From Lama guanicoe (lineage: Eukaryota): DNA of 64,000 bases. The translations under genes were made by a program, and so were the position numbers. Each line of letters opens with the position of its first letter. Positions within the stretch are counted from its first letter, which is position 1. The notes beneath the pieces were generated by a model. That model made no database searches and had not been told where the DNA came from. It saw only the letters and a list, made by a program, of their open reading frames with translations. This document shows positions 42,641 to 55,049 of the stretch, piece by piece. The stretch lies in NCBI GenBank assembly GCA_013239625.1, contig MU053557.1, positions 1,123,063 to 1,187,062 on the forward strand, given 5' to 3'.

Positions 42641-43239
42641 ACTACAGAGATTTATGCAATTCCTTTTTTCCTGCTTATTATTTTTCTATATTTTTATTTA
42701 TTAGTTTAGGCTTTTTTTTTTTAAGTAGAATTAGAAATGACAAACGTGTTTGTTTGGGGTGACTTGGGCTGGTTAAGTGTCAGATTCTCTAAGAGGTGGT
42801 CTTGATATTCCATTTAATACTTATTTACTGTTAGATCCCCAGAACAGTGGAGTCTCTGCCTCCTGAAGTCCTCTTATTTCGTTCTGTTCTGGTCTTCCGC
42901 ACATTAGTCAACCTCTGTTCTTGCTCTGAACTGCTGAAAGGCTGTTGTTCTAGAGAATTACAGCATCTAGTGAGGAATCATTTGGTCAACCATCTAGCAT
43001 CTTGATAGTTATCACTGATTTTTTTCTTCCCTTTATATTAGTAAAACAAAAAGGCAAAAAAAAAAAAAACACCAAAAAACCTCAGAGAAACAGGAAAAAA
43101 AATGCCCTTTCCCTACTAAGGGATATTATCTAATCCCCTTTGTGGATATATACTTTCATAGTGGCTTTGTATTTCTGTATTCTCAATTGTGTTAGATATT
43201 AGAATACTTTTCTTAAGAGCTGGTGCAATCTTAGCTGAA

Positions 43240-43389
43240 GACTAATCTTAGGCCTCCACTCCACGGATATGCATAGAGACTGGGAGAGAAAATTCCCGTT
43301 AGCGTTTTGTGCCTAAACATCTAGATAATGTAGCATTTTTAAGGCACACCAGGGGTTATCTAGTGTCTGCTCCTGGCTTATTTGGAAAT
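43240..43389 (-). pseudogene. Possible GREB1-like pseudo-exon (3' end approximate)
   Basis: cttctttcatcttag acceptor. TLDNPWCALKML vs QLSDPWPDLELF. Confidence 0.4.
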
Positions 43390-43516
43390 CTAAGATGAAA
43401 GAAGACACTTGTACAACAATAAGTTTATTCCCTTGCTCCACACATGATTATGAGGGACATTGAAATGTCAGAGACTAGGAGACATTTGTGTAAAATACTG
43501 AAGTATTAGCATTTAC

Positions 43517-43609
43517 AAAATGGTGAAAATTTTTCTAGTTGAGTCAGGGTTGGGCAAAAACTATTGTATACCCAATAGAATCATCTAAGATTTATCCAGT
43601 AAATTTTAT
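43517..43609 (-). pseudogene. GREB1-like pseudo-exon
   Basis: WINLR*FYWVY vs GREB1 NINLREESDWHY. AG/GT bounded. Confidence 0.45.
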
Positions 43610-44454
43610 CTGTGATAACATTTTTAAAAGAGTTGGGAAGCAGTTAAGTATGTTGTTTGACAATGGTAGAAAGAGGTAGGGCTGTCTTCTCTCACTGTCT
43701 GTTACATAAAATTTTGTGACCATGGCTACTAAGTCCGGCTCCTTTAAAAATGAGAAAATGATGGGAAAGAATCATACTGTTATCTGATCTCTGCAAAGAG
43801 TCAGTGTCACTTAAAAAAGGAAGGGGAAAAGGGATTGTATTTGACTGGAGGAATGGCTGGGGACAAAACAGTCAGATGCAAGATATAGTCTTGGATTAGC
43901 TATCGATGTAGATAAGCTATAAAGATTATTTGGGGTCAACTGGGAAAAATATAATGTGATCTAGATATCATAGAGATAGAAAATTTACTAAAATGGAAAG
44001 GTTGAAATTAATTAATAAGAAAGGAGATTGTAGAACAGTATATACAATATAATCTTACTGTAGAGTGAAAAAAAAATGATGTGTGTACATGAGCATGTTT
44101 ACATTGGTAATCCAGAAAGGTGTGAGCTAAAGATAACACAAGTGATCCTGGGGTGGTAGCAATGTAAGGATTTATTATTAGTGTTATTTTTAAAACAATT
44201 TTGTTTGTGTTTATTTTCAGCATTTCTTCAGTGAACATGTTCTTATTATGTTAATAAAAATAATGATTTTAATTGTAAATAAATGCATAAGTAAATAGTT
44301 AAGGGATTCAGCACCACAAATTATCTGATAGCTGGTTAATGCAAATAGCTAATCTAATAATAACAGTAGCAGTTAAAAACTACATTAATTAGCATTGATT
44401 AAGTCTGCCAAGCGGTGTGATTATGTTTTGTACAAATATCACATAAACTGATAC

Positions 44455-44640
44455 TCATAGTTTGAAATTGACTGATACAAACTACTATGTACAAAATAGA
44501 TAAACAATAGGGTACTGCTGTATAGCACAGGAACTATATTCAATGGCTTCTAGTGACCTGTAATGAAAAAGAATATTAAAAAGAATATATATGCTGTGCA
44601 CCAGTATTGTAAGTCAAAAGTTTCTTTAAAAAAAAAATGA
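44455..44640 (+). mobile_element. L1 3'UTR fragment
   Basis: tacaaactactatgtacaaaatagataaacaa..tatagcacaggaactatattcaa. Confidence 0.75.
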
Positions 44641-44649
44641 AGGAAAAAA

Positions 44650-44800
44650 AAACCCTATGAAATAGTTACTGTTATTTCCATTTTATGGATGAGGAAACTG
44701 AAGATCACAGAGATTTACCAACTTCCCAGGGATGCAGCTAGTAAGTGATGAGAGAGAGGTGAGACTGAAGCCCAGATCTGTCTGAATCTAAGTAATTCTT
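44650..44800 (-). mobile_element. MIR SINE
   Basis: ccattttatggatgaggaaactgaag..cagctagtaagtg..cccagatctgtctga. Confidence 0.75.
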
Positions 44801-45244
44801 ACTCGATTGCCATGTACATCGCCTCCCAGCATCCTGTTACCAACATCATCATCTCATTGGCAGTCCCAATGAGAGTTTCTCTGTTCTATTAGCTATAGAG
44901 ACTATTTCACAAATTAACAAATATGGTCTGTTAGATTAAAAAAACTGCTAAGCCCTTGAATATAAACCTTTGGAAGGTTGGAACAAAATTTCAGTAAGGA
45001 ATGGTTGGCACTTGCATTCGAAAAGATTATAATTGAGTGAGATTGTTGAGGGTAAAAAAGGGAAAAAATCTGAATGTGTTTATTTTTTGAAAAGTCAATT
45101 TTAGTGCAGAGAAAGAGAAAGAAATAGAAAATAGAAATAAATTGAAACTAGTTTTCTATAGTATATAAATACGCTAGTAAATTAAGGTAAAACACTTAGC
45201 ATCTTTTCATATAGATGTTTATATAAACACTGATAGATACTTAC

Positions 45245-45438
45245 TGAGAAATGAATATGTTGATAGAAATTTATTAATGTTTTCAGTAGATAGGAAGAAG
45301 TATAAGCTGAATCTTTGTTAAATATCTTCATAAATATGCATTGAATATGCTTAAGAAGATTTCAGTATTCCCCTCTGGTTGAAAAGAATCATTCTGGGAA
45401 ATGCACTTTGCAGAATTATACATATTTCATGTATGTGC
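45245..45438 (-). pseudogene. GREB1-like pseudo-exon with degenerate Walker-A-like segment
   Basis: FPRMILFNQRGILKSS*AY vs GREB1 HPRRLLLSGPPQIGKTGAY. gtaagt donor. Confidence 0.55.
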
Positions 45439-45577
45439 CTAATTTCATTTTAAAGTTCACTGGGATTTATATTACAATTAAGCTAAATTGAACAATATAA
45501 AAGTATACAGAAAAATCAGATGTAAAAAGCTAAGGAAAAGAACAGTTAATGTTATTTTTTTAAATTTAAAATGATAC

Positions 45578-45809
45578 CAGAATGTCAGGTTTTGCCATGA
45601 AAAGGAGATTTTCCTGATGTGATTGAAATTTTTGATGTAAAAACAACTCAAATAACAGAGGGAAAAAAAGTATTTTAAGAATGTGTCATAGCTACTCAAG
45701 AAATGGGCTCTCTTGACCCTGGAGATTTTAGGTAGACAAACAATATTTTTGGAAATTCATGGAACCATTTTGAACCATTGGGATTTGGGGTCTGGGATAT
45801 TTATTGATT
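45578..45809 (-). pseudogene. GREB1-like pseudo-exon
   Basis: Long polypyrimidine acceptor. KNIVCLPKI vs PPIVFLPKL. One stop. Confidence 0.6.
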
Positions 45810-45994
45810 CTATGACAACAGGGAGAAAAAGAAACAGATATTTACATTTAAGATCAAATTTGTTATATATTACTACTTTAATCTCTTCCCACTGTCACTT
45901 TCCAGTAGACTATTTGTTAGCTCTACTGTGAATTGACTGGTTATACTGATTTTCTGAAAAGATAAGGACAGTTCCAACAAAGAAAATGGCTCAC

Positions 45995-46164
45995 CTTTCC
46001 TGCAGAATATTGCACATTCAACAAACGAAAGATACTTGAAAGATTTACGTGCCAGAGATTTTTTTTAAAGCAACCAAACATTTGTTTTCCTGTTGGACAG
46101 AGGCATCTTCCCCACTCACTCACTCCCAGACTGAATCAATTCACCAAAGAAGTTTCTGACACCA
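45995..46164 (-). pseudogene. GREB1-like pseudo-exon
   Basis: ttatcacag acceptor and aag|gtgagc donor. LPSGVRNF..SEWGR vs LPRSLRYC..EQELG. A (GAGT)3 run sits at the frameshift. Confidence 0.6.
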
Positions 46165-46549
46165 CTGTGATAAAACACTAAGCATTTTAGAGTTTCAGTT
46201 ATCTTACAGCAGATATGTGCCTTAGGAGTGAGTAGTGGAGATAGTTAATCTCCTCAATTTTTATATATAAATAACGCTCCAGAAGCTAGTCATGCCCTCA
46301 GCTCTTATCAGTAGGGAGGAGATATTAATATTAGCATGTCCTCAGCATATTAGGATTCTACCTTCTGGGCTATTTAATTTTTTAAGGCATTTCCTATTGT
46401 ATAGAAAGTCATGTTTACAGTAAAGCAAAAGACTTAATCCTGCTCATTTGCCTCTAGAGAGTCCTAGAAAAGTCCTTCTGCCATCATGATGCATGTCCTG
46501 AGCAGTGCTCTGGTTTGCATTACACAGACACTTTCTGTGACAAAACATG

Positions 46550-46780
46550 AACAGTGAGGAGAATATAAGTGCAGACTTGGGAGTCCGATTTCCTGGATTC
46601 AGCACCTGTCTCTACGCATTTACCAGCTGTGAGATCTTGGGCACATTTCTTAATCTCTCCCTTGTAGTGTCCTCATCTGTAAAATAGGCATAAGAATCTA
46701 TTTCATAGGATTGTATTAATGACTAAATGAGTTTAAAAGCACTTAGAGTAGTAAGTGATACATAGTATGTGTTTCAAATA
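46550..46780 (+). mobile_element. MIR SINE
   Basis: taccagctgtgagatcttgggcac..cctcatctgtaaaatagg..taaaagcacttagag. Confidence 0.75.
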
Positions 46781-47121
46781 TTCATATCTATCAATACATA
46801 ATATTCTAGCAGGTAAATATACCATCACTGACTTTGCCACTCAGTAGTCCTGTTTAATGGACTTGTTTGTAATTGGATTAGTAAATTTGGTTTATTAGTT
46901 ATATTAGACTTGTTGTGTATTAGAATTAACAGAAAATGCTCAAATTACAAAAAATATTCATGTATTTTAGACCTTCTCCCAATTATGTATAAAAATCCTT
47001 GGATGATTTTCGAGCGCCCGAATGGAAATAAAATAATAAAGGTAGCCATCTAGACAGTCCTTCTGAAAGATGATCCTCTCGTCCAAGATAAACAAAGAGT
47101 ACCTTGATAATAAAATATTAC

Positions 47122-47297
47122 CTTGGTAAGAGTAAATAATCAAGGTAACATTTTTCAGTTAAGCTTGTGGAATAATATAAACTCCAATTACAGAAAGTAA
47201 AAAGTTTGTCTTGTTGAAGGTGAAAAACTTCTAAAGACACGACCCTTAAAAAAGCATTGATTAGACATACAGTACTGGGTATGTGGATAAACTCGAC
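47122..47297 (-). pseudogene. GREB1-like pseudo-exon (176 nt, open frame)
   Basis: AG/GT bounded, 58 open codons (VEFIHIPSTV...YLDYLLLP), phase-compatible with both neighbours. Confidence 0.6.
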
Positions 47298-47423
47298 CTA
47301 TCTGAAACATGAATGTATCAATGTCTGTTCTACAGAGACATCACTTAAGCAAAATTATTATGAGAAGTTTATTTAGAGTAAAAGTTGTGAATTTAGTCAT
47401 TCAAACTTTAAAAATTTGTTAAC

Positions 47424-47730
47424 CTTTCCAGCTTCATACTTTACAAAAGACTTGCATATTCTCTTAGAGCATGCCAAATATATTAGGCTTTAAGAGAGAT
47501 CTCAGTGGGGTGGTTGTGTTAAAATACGCCAGTTGAGTCACTAAGAAGACATGTTTCATCTGTAACTCAGTTACATACAGAGGGGATGTGAAGTGGAGCA
47601 GTATGCAATTTTCAGTAAGTTTGATAAATGTAGATGTCAAATAATGCCAAGTTTTCTTTAACTGAAAGCTTTGTCTGTGAATTATTAAAACTATTGCCTC
47701 CAATGTCTGGATCCCTTTGTCTGCATTGAC
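47424..47730 (-). pseudogene. GREB1-like pseudo-exon (disrupted)
   Basis: In-phase start GQCRQRDPDIGGNSF..IYQTY*, and CILL in an adjacent frame, vs GREB1 VTVGKHF..PQTYLELEGLPCILI. Several stops and frameshifts. Confidence 0.6.
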
Positions 47731-47829
47731 CTAGTCTATATGAATACATTAAGTGGACCAGCATTGACACAGCCAAGTCCCATTAGCCATGTTAATTGGA
47801 AAGTAATTTGTACCAGAAACCATACTGAC

Positions 47830-47872
47830 CTGTGTCAGATATTTCAAATGGATCATGTATTAAGATTCTAAC
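47830..47872 (-). pseudogene. GREB1-like pseudo-exon (43 nt, open frame)
   Basis: cttttcctccag acceptor and cag|gtcagt donor. VRILIHDPFEI vs ARLALEEHFEI. Confidence 0.75.
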
Positions 47873-48229
47873 CTGGAGGAAAAGTATTAAGAGCCAGAGA
47901 CAATGGACTGTGTCCTCCTTTCCCACATATGATAAAACAGAGAAAGTGTGAGCAAATATTTTTTAAAAGCTGCAGTCCCCACAGGCAGCCGTGATTCTTG
48001 GGAGATATATAGGACGATTCGCTAAATAGAATCTGAGGCTTTCACTTGATTTTTCTCTCTCACAGAAAGAGATGGTACTAAGATTGTGTCTATTGTTCTT
48101 AAGCTGAATATGACAGATCTTTGTGCCTCATGTAAAAGATGAAATGTTTTCCTGCCCAATGGACAAGAACATATACTATATGGAAATGCTGAAAGACTCT
48201 TTGATGAGAAATTGTAGTTTCTTTCTTAC

Positions 48230-48342
48230 CCTTTCTGCTTTATAGACAATCATATATGCATATGGAAAATGTGACTTTAATATACAGAAAGGGGTTTTAA
48301 AAAGCTGTAAATAGGTGCGACTAACGACCAACAATTTCTGCC
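48230..48342 (-). pseudogene. GREB1-like pseudo-exon (113 nt, open frame)
   Basis: ctcactttccccag acceptor and gtaaga donor. GQKLLVVSR vs GHGLMVLLR. Splices in phase to the next exon. Confidence 0.75.
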
Positions 48343-48693
48343 CTGGGGAAAGTGAGACAAAGGGTAACTTTGCTCCACTTTCCTTGAACAGTCTCTCATA
48401 AGCACATACATGGAGTTTGGCTGGTTCCTGTTCTAAATATTTGTTAATTGGCCATCCCCCCTCACCATGTCTAGAGCACAGAACTGTTCATATGATTGAA
48501 AATTCCCTTCTTCAGGCAGATAACTAAGAGTGATTCTGTTATCTTGTTTTTGCTTGGTTCAGAATTAATCAGTGCTTGTAAAAATGTGTTTTCTAATCTG
48601 GAGACTTCATAAGACAGGGAAATTACAATTGGGTCTTACTTTTAGACTGTGAATGGGAAATGCCTGTGTAATGCAGTAAATCTGTCCATTTAC

Positions 48694-48902
48694 CTTTGAT
48701 GATATGTGAAAGCAGTGTCTACACTCACTGCCATGATTGCATTATGTACATGCGAAAGCTGGACCAGACTGAGGAGCTTAAATCACCCATTCAAAGGCAA
48801 ATTAAATGAAGGGAATGGAATTAGGTTCCAAGAGACTTTTGGGTCATTGGGAATAAATCCAAATCCTGTTATATACCAAGTAGCTCACATGTAACATGGA
48901 AC
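48694..48902 (-). pseudogene. GREB1-like pseudo-exon
   Basis: ttgtctag acceptor and aag|gtaaat donor. FKLLSLVQLSHVHNAIMAVS vs GREB1 RTFVLVQHYAAALMAVS. Two TGA stops. Confidence 0.65.
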
Positions 48903-49254
48903 CTAGACAAATGGGGGATGGGTTGCCCTTAATTCCTGAGAAACGAGTACTGACAATTCCAAACAATGGGATGCTAGATATTAAACTCTGAAGACTTCTC
49001 CAATTATACTTCTAATAAGCCAAAGTTCTTTGATAAGCAACAGAAAGGGAGTCAGTACTGTATAAGAAAAGTGTTGCTGTTTGTTTTTTTTTTACGAACA
49101 TAGACTTATTGTAAAGATTCAGTGTATCTTCAACAACAACAACAACAACACAATTAAAGAACCAGGCTCAGAAAGAACAAAAGAATGGGAGAATCATGTC
49201 ACTTTTGAGGACGTATGCTACTGGTCTTACTAAGCTATTTTGCTGGTGCATCAA

Positions 49255-49302
49255 TGTTAACATAACTTCCTGTGATTGTGTTAACATAACTTCCTGTGAT
49301 TG
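49255..49302. repeat. Perfect 24-bp tandem duplication
   Basis: tgttaacataacttcctgtgattg present twice. Confidence 0.95.
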
Positions 49303-50344
49303 TTTTCTATACTTATATCACTTTACTTAGGATTCAGGGTGTTAGGAGACACAGAATCCAGCTAAATTCACTTAAGTGCTAATCACTTATCCAGAGTTGG
49401 GAAGGATATCTTACATGTTAATTTCATTAAAATTGCACTCAACAATTTTGAATTGATTTAAAAGGAGATTGGGGTACTATTACTAGAATAATGTTAGTGC
49501 ATAATGGAAAATAGGGCAACAAATATCCATTATACCTACCATCTACTCAGTGTATCCTTAAATTAACCAATGTATCTACAAGGGATACTGTAGCCACTAT
49601 ATTATTTGTTTACTCCATTTATCTTGCAAGTGTTATATATGTATATGTATAATATATATGTCACATATATAATACATATATAAAAATACATATATGATGT
49701 ACTTACATATGCTGATGGCCCAAGGTTATCTACCAGAAGTCTCAGATTTATAAAGACTCAACTCCAAACTCTGTCTCTCGTGCTGTTCTTACTGAGGTTT
49801 GGTTTTGGTTTGCATTGAGCCTGATCCTTAGTCCTACTGTGTGATCCATTTGGTGTCTCAGCCAGATGGCTGGGATCTGCTCACTCTGGTTGGTCCGGAA
49901 TTGCAATATCTTCGAACACTATTTTATATCATTTATCTCCATTCTTCCCTTAACCCTATAGCAGTTACTCCCTGGTAAGCTTCAAAGTCTAGTCCTGTAC
50001 GTATGTATGCAGCCCAACCCTCAGCCAAATAATTTCCTGGAAACCCCTCCCCTCAGACTTGTGGATTTTTTCCTCTTTGCAGTTCTTTCCTAAGTGTCCT
50101 GCCGCACATTTTTTTCAGATATTTCAGCAACCTGGAACTCAGGTCTCCGCCCTCTAAGCTCAGTAGGACTGCCCTGCTGTGCTTTCAATTCACCCCTTCT
50201 ACAACAGTCAGTAAATTGTACCTGGACAGAAAGCTGGAGAGAACGAGGAACTAACTGATGAGCTTCACTACTGTTGGGGATTGACATTATATATTGTTGT
50301 TCAAAGTCTGAAAACAATTACCTTACATATTTTGACCAGTTTTA

Positions 50345-51870
50345 TTTATATTTTTTGGTTTGTTTATATTTTTATTGAGGTATAGTTGACTCATAGTATT
50401 AGTTTCAGGTATACAACATAGTTACTCAATTTTTATAGATTATACTCCGTCTGTAGTTACTATAAAATATTGGCTGTAGTCCTTGTGCTGTGCAATACAT
50501 TCTTGTTGCTTATTAATTGTATATGTAGCAGTTTGTACCTCTCAGTCCCTTGTAGTGCCCTTCCCTACTTCCCTCTCTGCACTGGTAGCCCCTAGTTTGT
50601 TCTGTATATTTTCTTTTTTGTTATATTCACTAGTTTATTTTTCATATTCCACATGTAAGTAATAACATGTAGTATTTGTCTTTCTCTGTATGACTTGTTT
50701 CACTAAGCATAATACCATCCAGGTCCATCCATGCTGTTGCAAATGGCAAAATTTCATTCTTTTTTAAGGCAAAGTAGTATTTCATTGTATATGCATGTGG
50801 TATATTTCCATATCTTGCCATTGTAAATGATACTGCTATGAACGGTGGGGTCCATGTATCTCTTCAAATTATTGTTTTCATTTTCCTTGGATATATACTC
50901 ATGGATGGAATTGTCAGATGATGTGGTGGTTCTGTTTTTAGGTTTTTGAGGAAACTTCATTCTGTCTTTCATAGTGACTGCACCAATTTCCATTCCCACC
51001 AACATGAACAAGGGTTCCCTTTTCTCCATATTTTCTCCCAACATTTGTGGGATTTTTTTTGGTGTTTTTTTTTAAATAATAGCCATTTTGACAGGTGTGA
51101 GGTGATATCTCATTGTGATTTGATTTGTGTTTCTCTGATGAGATTGAGCATCTTTTCTTGGTCCTGTTGGCCATCTGTATATCTTCTTTGGAAAAATTTA
51201 TATTCTGGTATTCTGCCCATTTTTCAGTCAGGTTGTTTATTTTATGATACTGAGTTGTATGAGCTGTTTATATGTTTTGGATATAACCAAACTTTAATTT
51301 AGGGATATATTTAACTCTCTATCGGTCACATCATTTACAAATATTTTCTCCCATTCAGTAGGTGGTCTTTTCATGTTGTTGATGGTTTCCCCTGCTGTGC
51401 AAAACCTTTTAAATATAATTAGTTCACATTTGTTTATTTTTGCTTTTTTTGCCTTAAGAGATAGATCCAAAATAAACTGTTGCTAAGGTTTACGTCAAAG
51501 AGTATCCTGCCTATGTTCTGTTGTGGGAGTTTTACTGTTTCAGTCCTTACATTTAGGTCTTTAATCTAGTTTGAGTTTATTTTTGTGCTAGATGTGAGGC
51601 CATTCTCTAATCTCATTCTTTTACAGGTAGCTGTCCAGTTTTCCCAGAACCACTTATTGACGAGACTGTCTTTTCTCCATTGCATGTTCTTACCTCCTTT
51701 ATTGTAGATTAATTGACTATAGGTGCGTGAATTTACCTGTGGGCTCTCTATTCTGTTCCATTAATCTATGTGTCTTATTCTGCTTTTTTTCTTATTATAG
51801 CTTTGTAGTATAGTCTGAAGTCAGAGAGTGTGATACTTCCAGCTTTGTTCTTTCTCAAGATTGTTTTGGT
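50345..51870 (-). mobile_element. L1 3' fragment including ORF2 C-terminus
   Basis: Minus-strand ORF GENMEKREPLFMLVG is the L1 ORF2 C-terminus. Canonical antisense L1 sequence with a T-rich tail at the left. Confidence 0.9.
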
Positions 51871-52498
51871 ATTTAATCTTTCTGGAGTAGGACTTAGAAC
51901 GAGATATAGGTTATTGCCAATATTCTACCATTGGTGTTGGATAGTAGTTTCATAGGTGCTTACTATATTACAAAAGTAGAGATCTGTGGATAGGTAAATA
52001 AATGAAGAAGGTAAAAAGGCCTTTGTACTGATGAGCAGTGAGATCACATCTTGAACAAACCTGTGTAATTTTTTTTAATTCTGTCCTCGTGAGGCCAGAT
52101 TTCTTTAATTGCTTATAGATTGGACTATAGGAATTGCTTAAATTTTTTCTAACAAATCAAAAAATAATGTCAGCAGATAGTACACAGGAACTCCTTTATG
52201 AGAAGCAAATGGCCTTTCTGAGGGACTGTGAGATGGAAACACTTGTGTTCTTACATGAACTGAGCCCTTCAAAATACAACTTTACATGATTTAAAATATT
52301 TTCTGCTATGCTCAGCTTTCAGGCACTTAGTTTATAAATGGGGACACTCTTCATGACAGACCCAAATTAGAAACAATCTATTTTGCTATAAACAATGAAG
52401 TGAATAAATAATATGTGATACATTTATATAGTAGAAAACTTGATTTTAAAAATGAACTATTTATAAATGAAACAACATATATAAATCCTGCCAACATA

Positions 52499-52690
52499 TT
52501 TTACATTATAGAAAAACAAGATTATACTGTATAGCACAGGGAAATATATGCAAGATCTTATGGTAGCTCACAGAGAAAAAAATGTAACAATGAATATGTA
52601 TCTGTTCATGTATAACTGAAAAATTGTGCTCTACACTGGAATTTGACACAACATTGTAAAAGATCATAAATCAATAAAAAATGTTAAAAA
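52499..52690 (+). mobile_element. Young L1 3' fragment with 16-bp TSD, nested in an older L1M
   Basis: TSD aaatcct(g/a)ccaacata at 52483-52498 and 52691-52706. L1 3'UTR motif tgtatagcacagggaaatatat. Confidence 0.8.
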
Positions 52691-53527
52691 AAATCCTACC
52701 AACATAATATTGAGCAAAGAAGTTAAACTCAAAAGAACATACACTGTATGTTTTTACTTCTGGTCAAACTAATCTACAGTACTAGGTGTAGAGATAGTAG
52801 TTAATTTTAAGGGAGTTTGTGGTCAGGGGCTGGTAAGGAGGACGAGGGAAGCTTTCAGATCATTGTAACATTTTGTTGATTTTGATATTGGTTGAATCAG
52901 TGGTTCATGTTTTGAAAATTCAACAGTCTGTAAAGTTATGTTTATTATACTTTTATATATACATTGTATTTTAAGACCAAGTTTATTTGTTTTAAAATCT
53001 AGTTGTGTTCAGAAATTAAGCATAGTGTTTTTTAAACTGGTAAAAAAAAAACTTTCCTTCAATTGCTGCAGAAATTTGAGCAAGTGGATTTTTTCTATCA
53101 TAGGAGAGCGGGACAAAAATAGTTGTATTTTAGTGCTAAGCTCTGTGGACATGATCTGCTCACTGTATTTTTAGTGTGAAGACTGCTATTTCATCTTTAA
53201 GTCCAAGATGATTCAATAGTGACATTCAAATTCAAATTTCCTTCTCTAGTTTGTACTCAGAAATAGGTAACTTTTATTTTCTAACAGCAGTATTAACAAG
53301 TGGCAATAGTAATACTACCAATTGCAAAAAGTTTTCAAGATAGAAAGCAAGATATAGAGACAGCTCATAGTTTCTTCCCATTCCCATTTTGTAGCAAATT
53401 TAAATTATTGTGTGGCAATAAAATTGTGCAATTCTACAACATCCTGCTCTCCAAGGAACAACTCACTGAGGCCACCTATAAGTAAGTGGAGGAAACACTG
53501 TCCTGTGACAAATATAAAAGGCCTTAC

Positions 53528-53619
53528 CTGCTGAGGAAGAACTTCCCAGGGGCCCTTGATGTATTTTACCAATTGGAGATTGGCTTTCTGGATCTAATCT
53601 TTCCTTCTTTTGAGTCAAC
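53528..53619 (-). pseudogene. GREB1-like pseudo-exon (92 nt, open frame)
   Basis: acag acceptor and strong cag|gtaagg donor. LTQKKERLDPES vs GREB1 LQTQHTLISPYN. Confidence 0.65.
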
Positions 53620-53718
53620 CTGTCTTGAATAAAATAAATAAGCGCTAACGTTTCTCATGCTCCAAAGTGATTTTTCACAGAACAGAAACTTCAGTTTGAC
53701 AAATCTTCAGCCATCACT

Positions 53719-53827
53719 CAAAGTGTCTGCTTGAGTCTCTGTAGATGACATTCCATTATACTCAAGCCCAAAAAATGTCAGCAAGAGCATTGCAGTCAAA
53801 TCATGGCTTTCTTTAATGATTTGGTCT
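53719..53827 (-). pseudogene. Possible GREB1-like pseudo-exon
   Basis: ccttttctgttag acceptor. DQIIKESHDLTAMLLLT loosely matches CREVKEAPNIVTLHVT. Donor uncertain. Confidence 0.4.
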
Positions 53828-54120
53828 CTAACAGAAAAGGAATCCCATTGTTTGTATGTGGTTTGGTGTCTTATTGAATAAAGGAAGAGTGTTCTTAGGA
53901 CAAATTTAAGATGAGATACATTTATTCATAAATATTCAACATGGAAATAGTAAAAATTAACGCTGTGCTGCATCTGCTACGTTTTACCTACTGCATCCCT
54001 CTGAACTTGACCAGCAGAAAAGACACACTACAAGTATTAGGTGACTAAGGATCTTAGTATGTGAATTAAGACACATATAAATGTGTACAGGTCTGAGGGA
54101 GTGAAGGTGTGGAAGCCTAC

Positions 54121-54448
54121 ATCTGGAGGGTTGGAAATACGTTCATTATACAGCCTAAAGCACTGGATTTGGGGAATGCAGTCCCAATCATGAATAAATC
54201 TGTACAGCACCATTCTGGCTGCCTTAGCCTCCCAAAGAATGCTAGCTTCTGCTCCACTTTGCCTTCTAAAGAGCACGTGAATTCCTCTCATTGGAAAATT
54301 CTAAAACTGGGACTGCATGACAAAGGGGATTCTGGGAAACCTACTTTTCAGTCTTAAAAGGGGTTGCTGGAGATGGTACCACATTGAGAGCATTCATTCT
54401 GGCACAGTGCCTTTTGTCAACTCAGTGGCTAAATCCATCCTCCTGTAC
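54121..54448 (-). pseudogene. GREB1-like pseudo-exon (328 nt, 2 stops)
   Basis: YRRMDL..YHLQQPLLRL..ARMVLYRFIHDWD vs GREB1 FEKVDF..VTYQQTLLHV..PHTLFVLIHDHAH. A single frame across the exon. Confidence 0.7.
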
Positions 54449-54741
54449 CTGTATTTAAGCTCCAATAAAAATAACATCCTGCTTCTGCTTAATATATGAT
54501 GCCACTAACCACCCCCCCCAGACATGTATGTATTCAATACAAAACTGAAAACATACTAATCTTTCTAAATGAGGAAATACAGGTTTCCTGGATTCAGTCC
54601 ACGTCTGACAATACTTGTTCCTTTCCCAGCTGAGATATTCTGTTAAATACTGAGATACAGGGTGAAACTTTACTGATATGCTTATGTTGGAGAGTATAGG
54701 ATTGAGAGAAAGGAAAGATAAACATAATTAGTAAATATATA

Positions 54742-55045
54742 CTACCATGGTCTGAATGTTTGTGTCCCCGGCCTCCCCCCTCCCCAAATTCGTATGTTGA
54801 AATCTTAATGCCCACTGTGATGGTATTTGGAGGTGGAGATTTTAAGAAGTGATTAGATTATGAGGGTGAAACCTTCATGAGTGGGATTAATGCCTTTATA
54901 AAAGAGCATCCAGGGAAATCCTGTGCCACTTCCACCGTGTGAGGACACAGTGAAGAGGCGCCATCTATGAGTCAGGAAACGGTCCCTTAGCAGCCGCCAC
55001 GCTGAGTCTGCTGGCATCATGATCCTGGACTTTCCAGGCTCTCGA
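54742..55045 (+). mobile_element. MLT1A-type MaLR LTR, 3' truncated
   Basis: atggtctgaatgtttgtgtcccc..gtgattagattatgagggtg..gggattaatgcctttataaaaga. Confidence 0.85.
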
Positions 55046-55049
55046 TTGT

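Noticed and set aside
48694..48902. TGA codons read as selenocysteine
   Set aside because: TAA/TAG stops and frameshifts occur in other exons. CGA-to-TGA or TGG-to-TGA decay is the simpler explanation.
50754..51302. ORFs in the 50.7-51.3 kb region as host genes
   Set aside because: They are L1 ORF2 remnants or their antisense frames.
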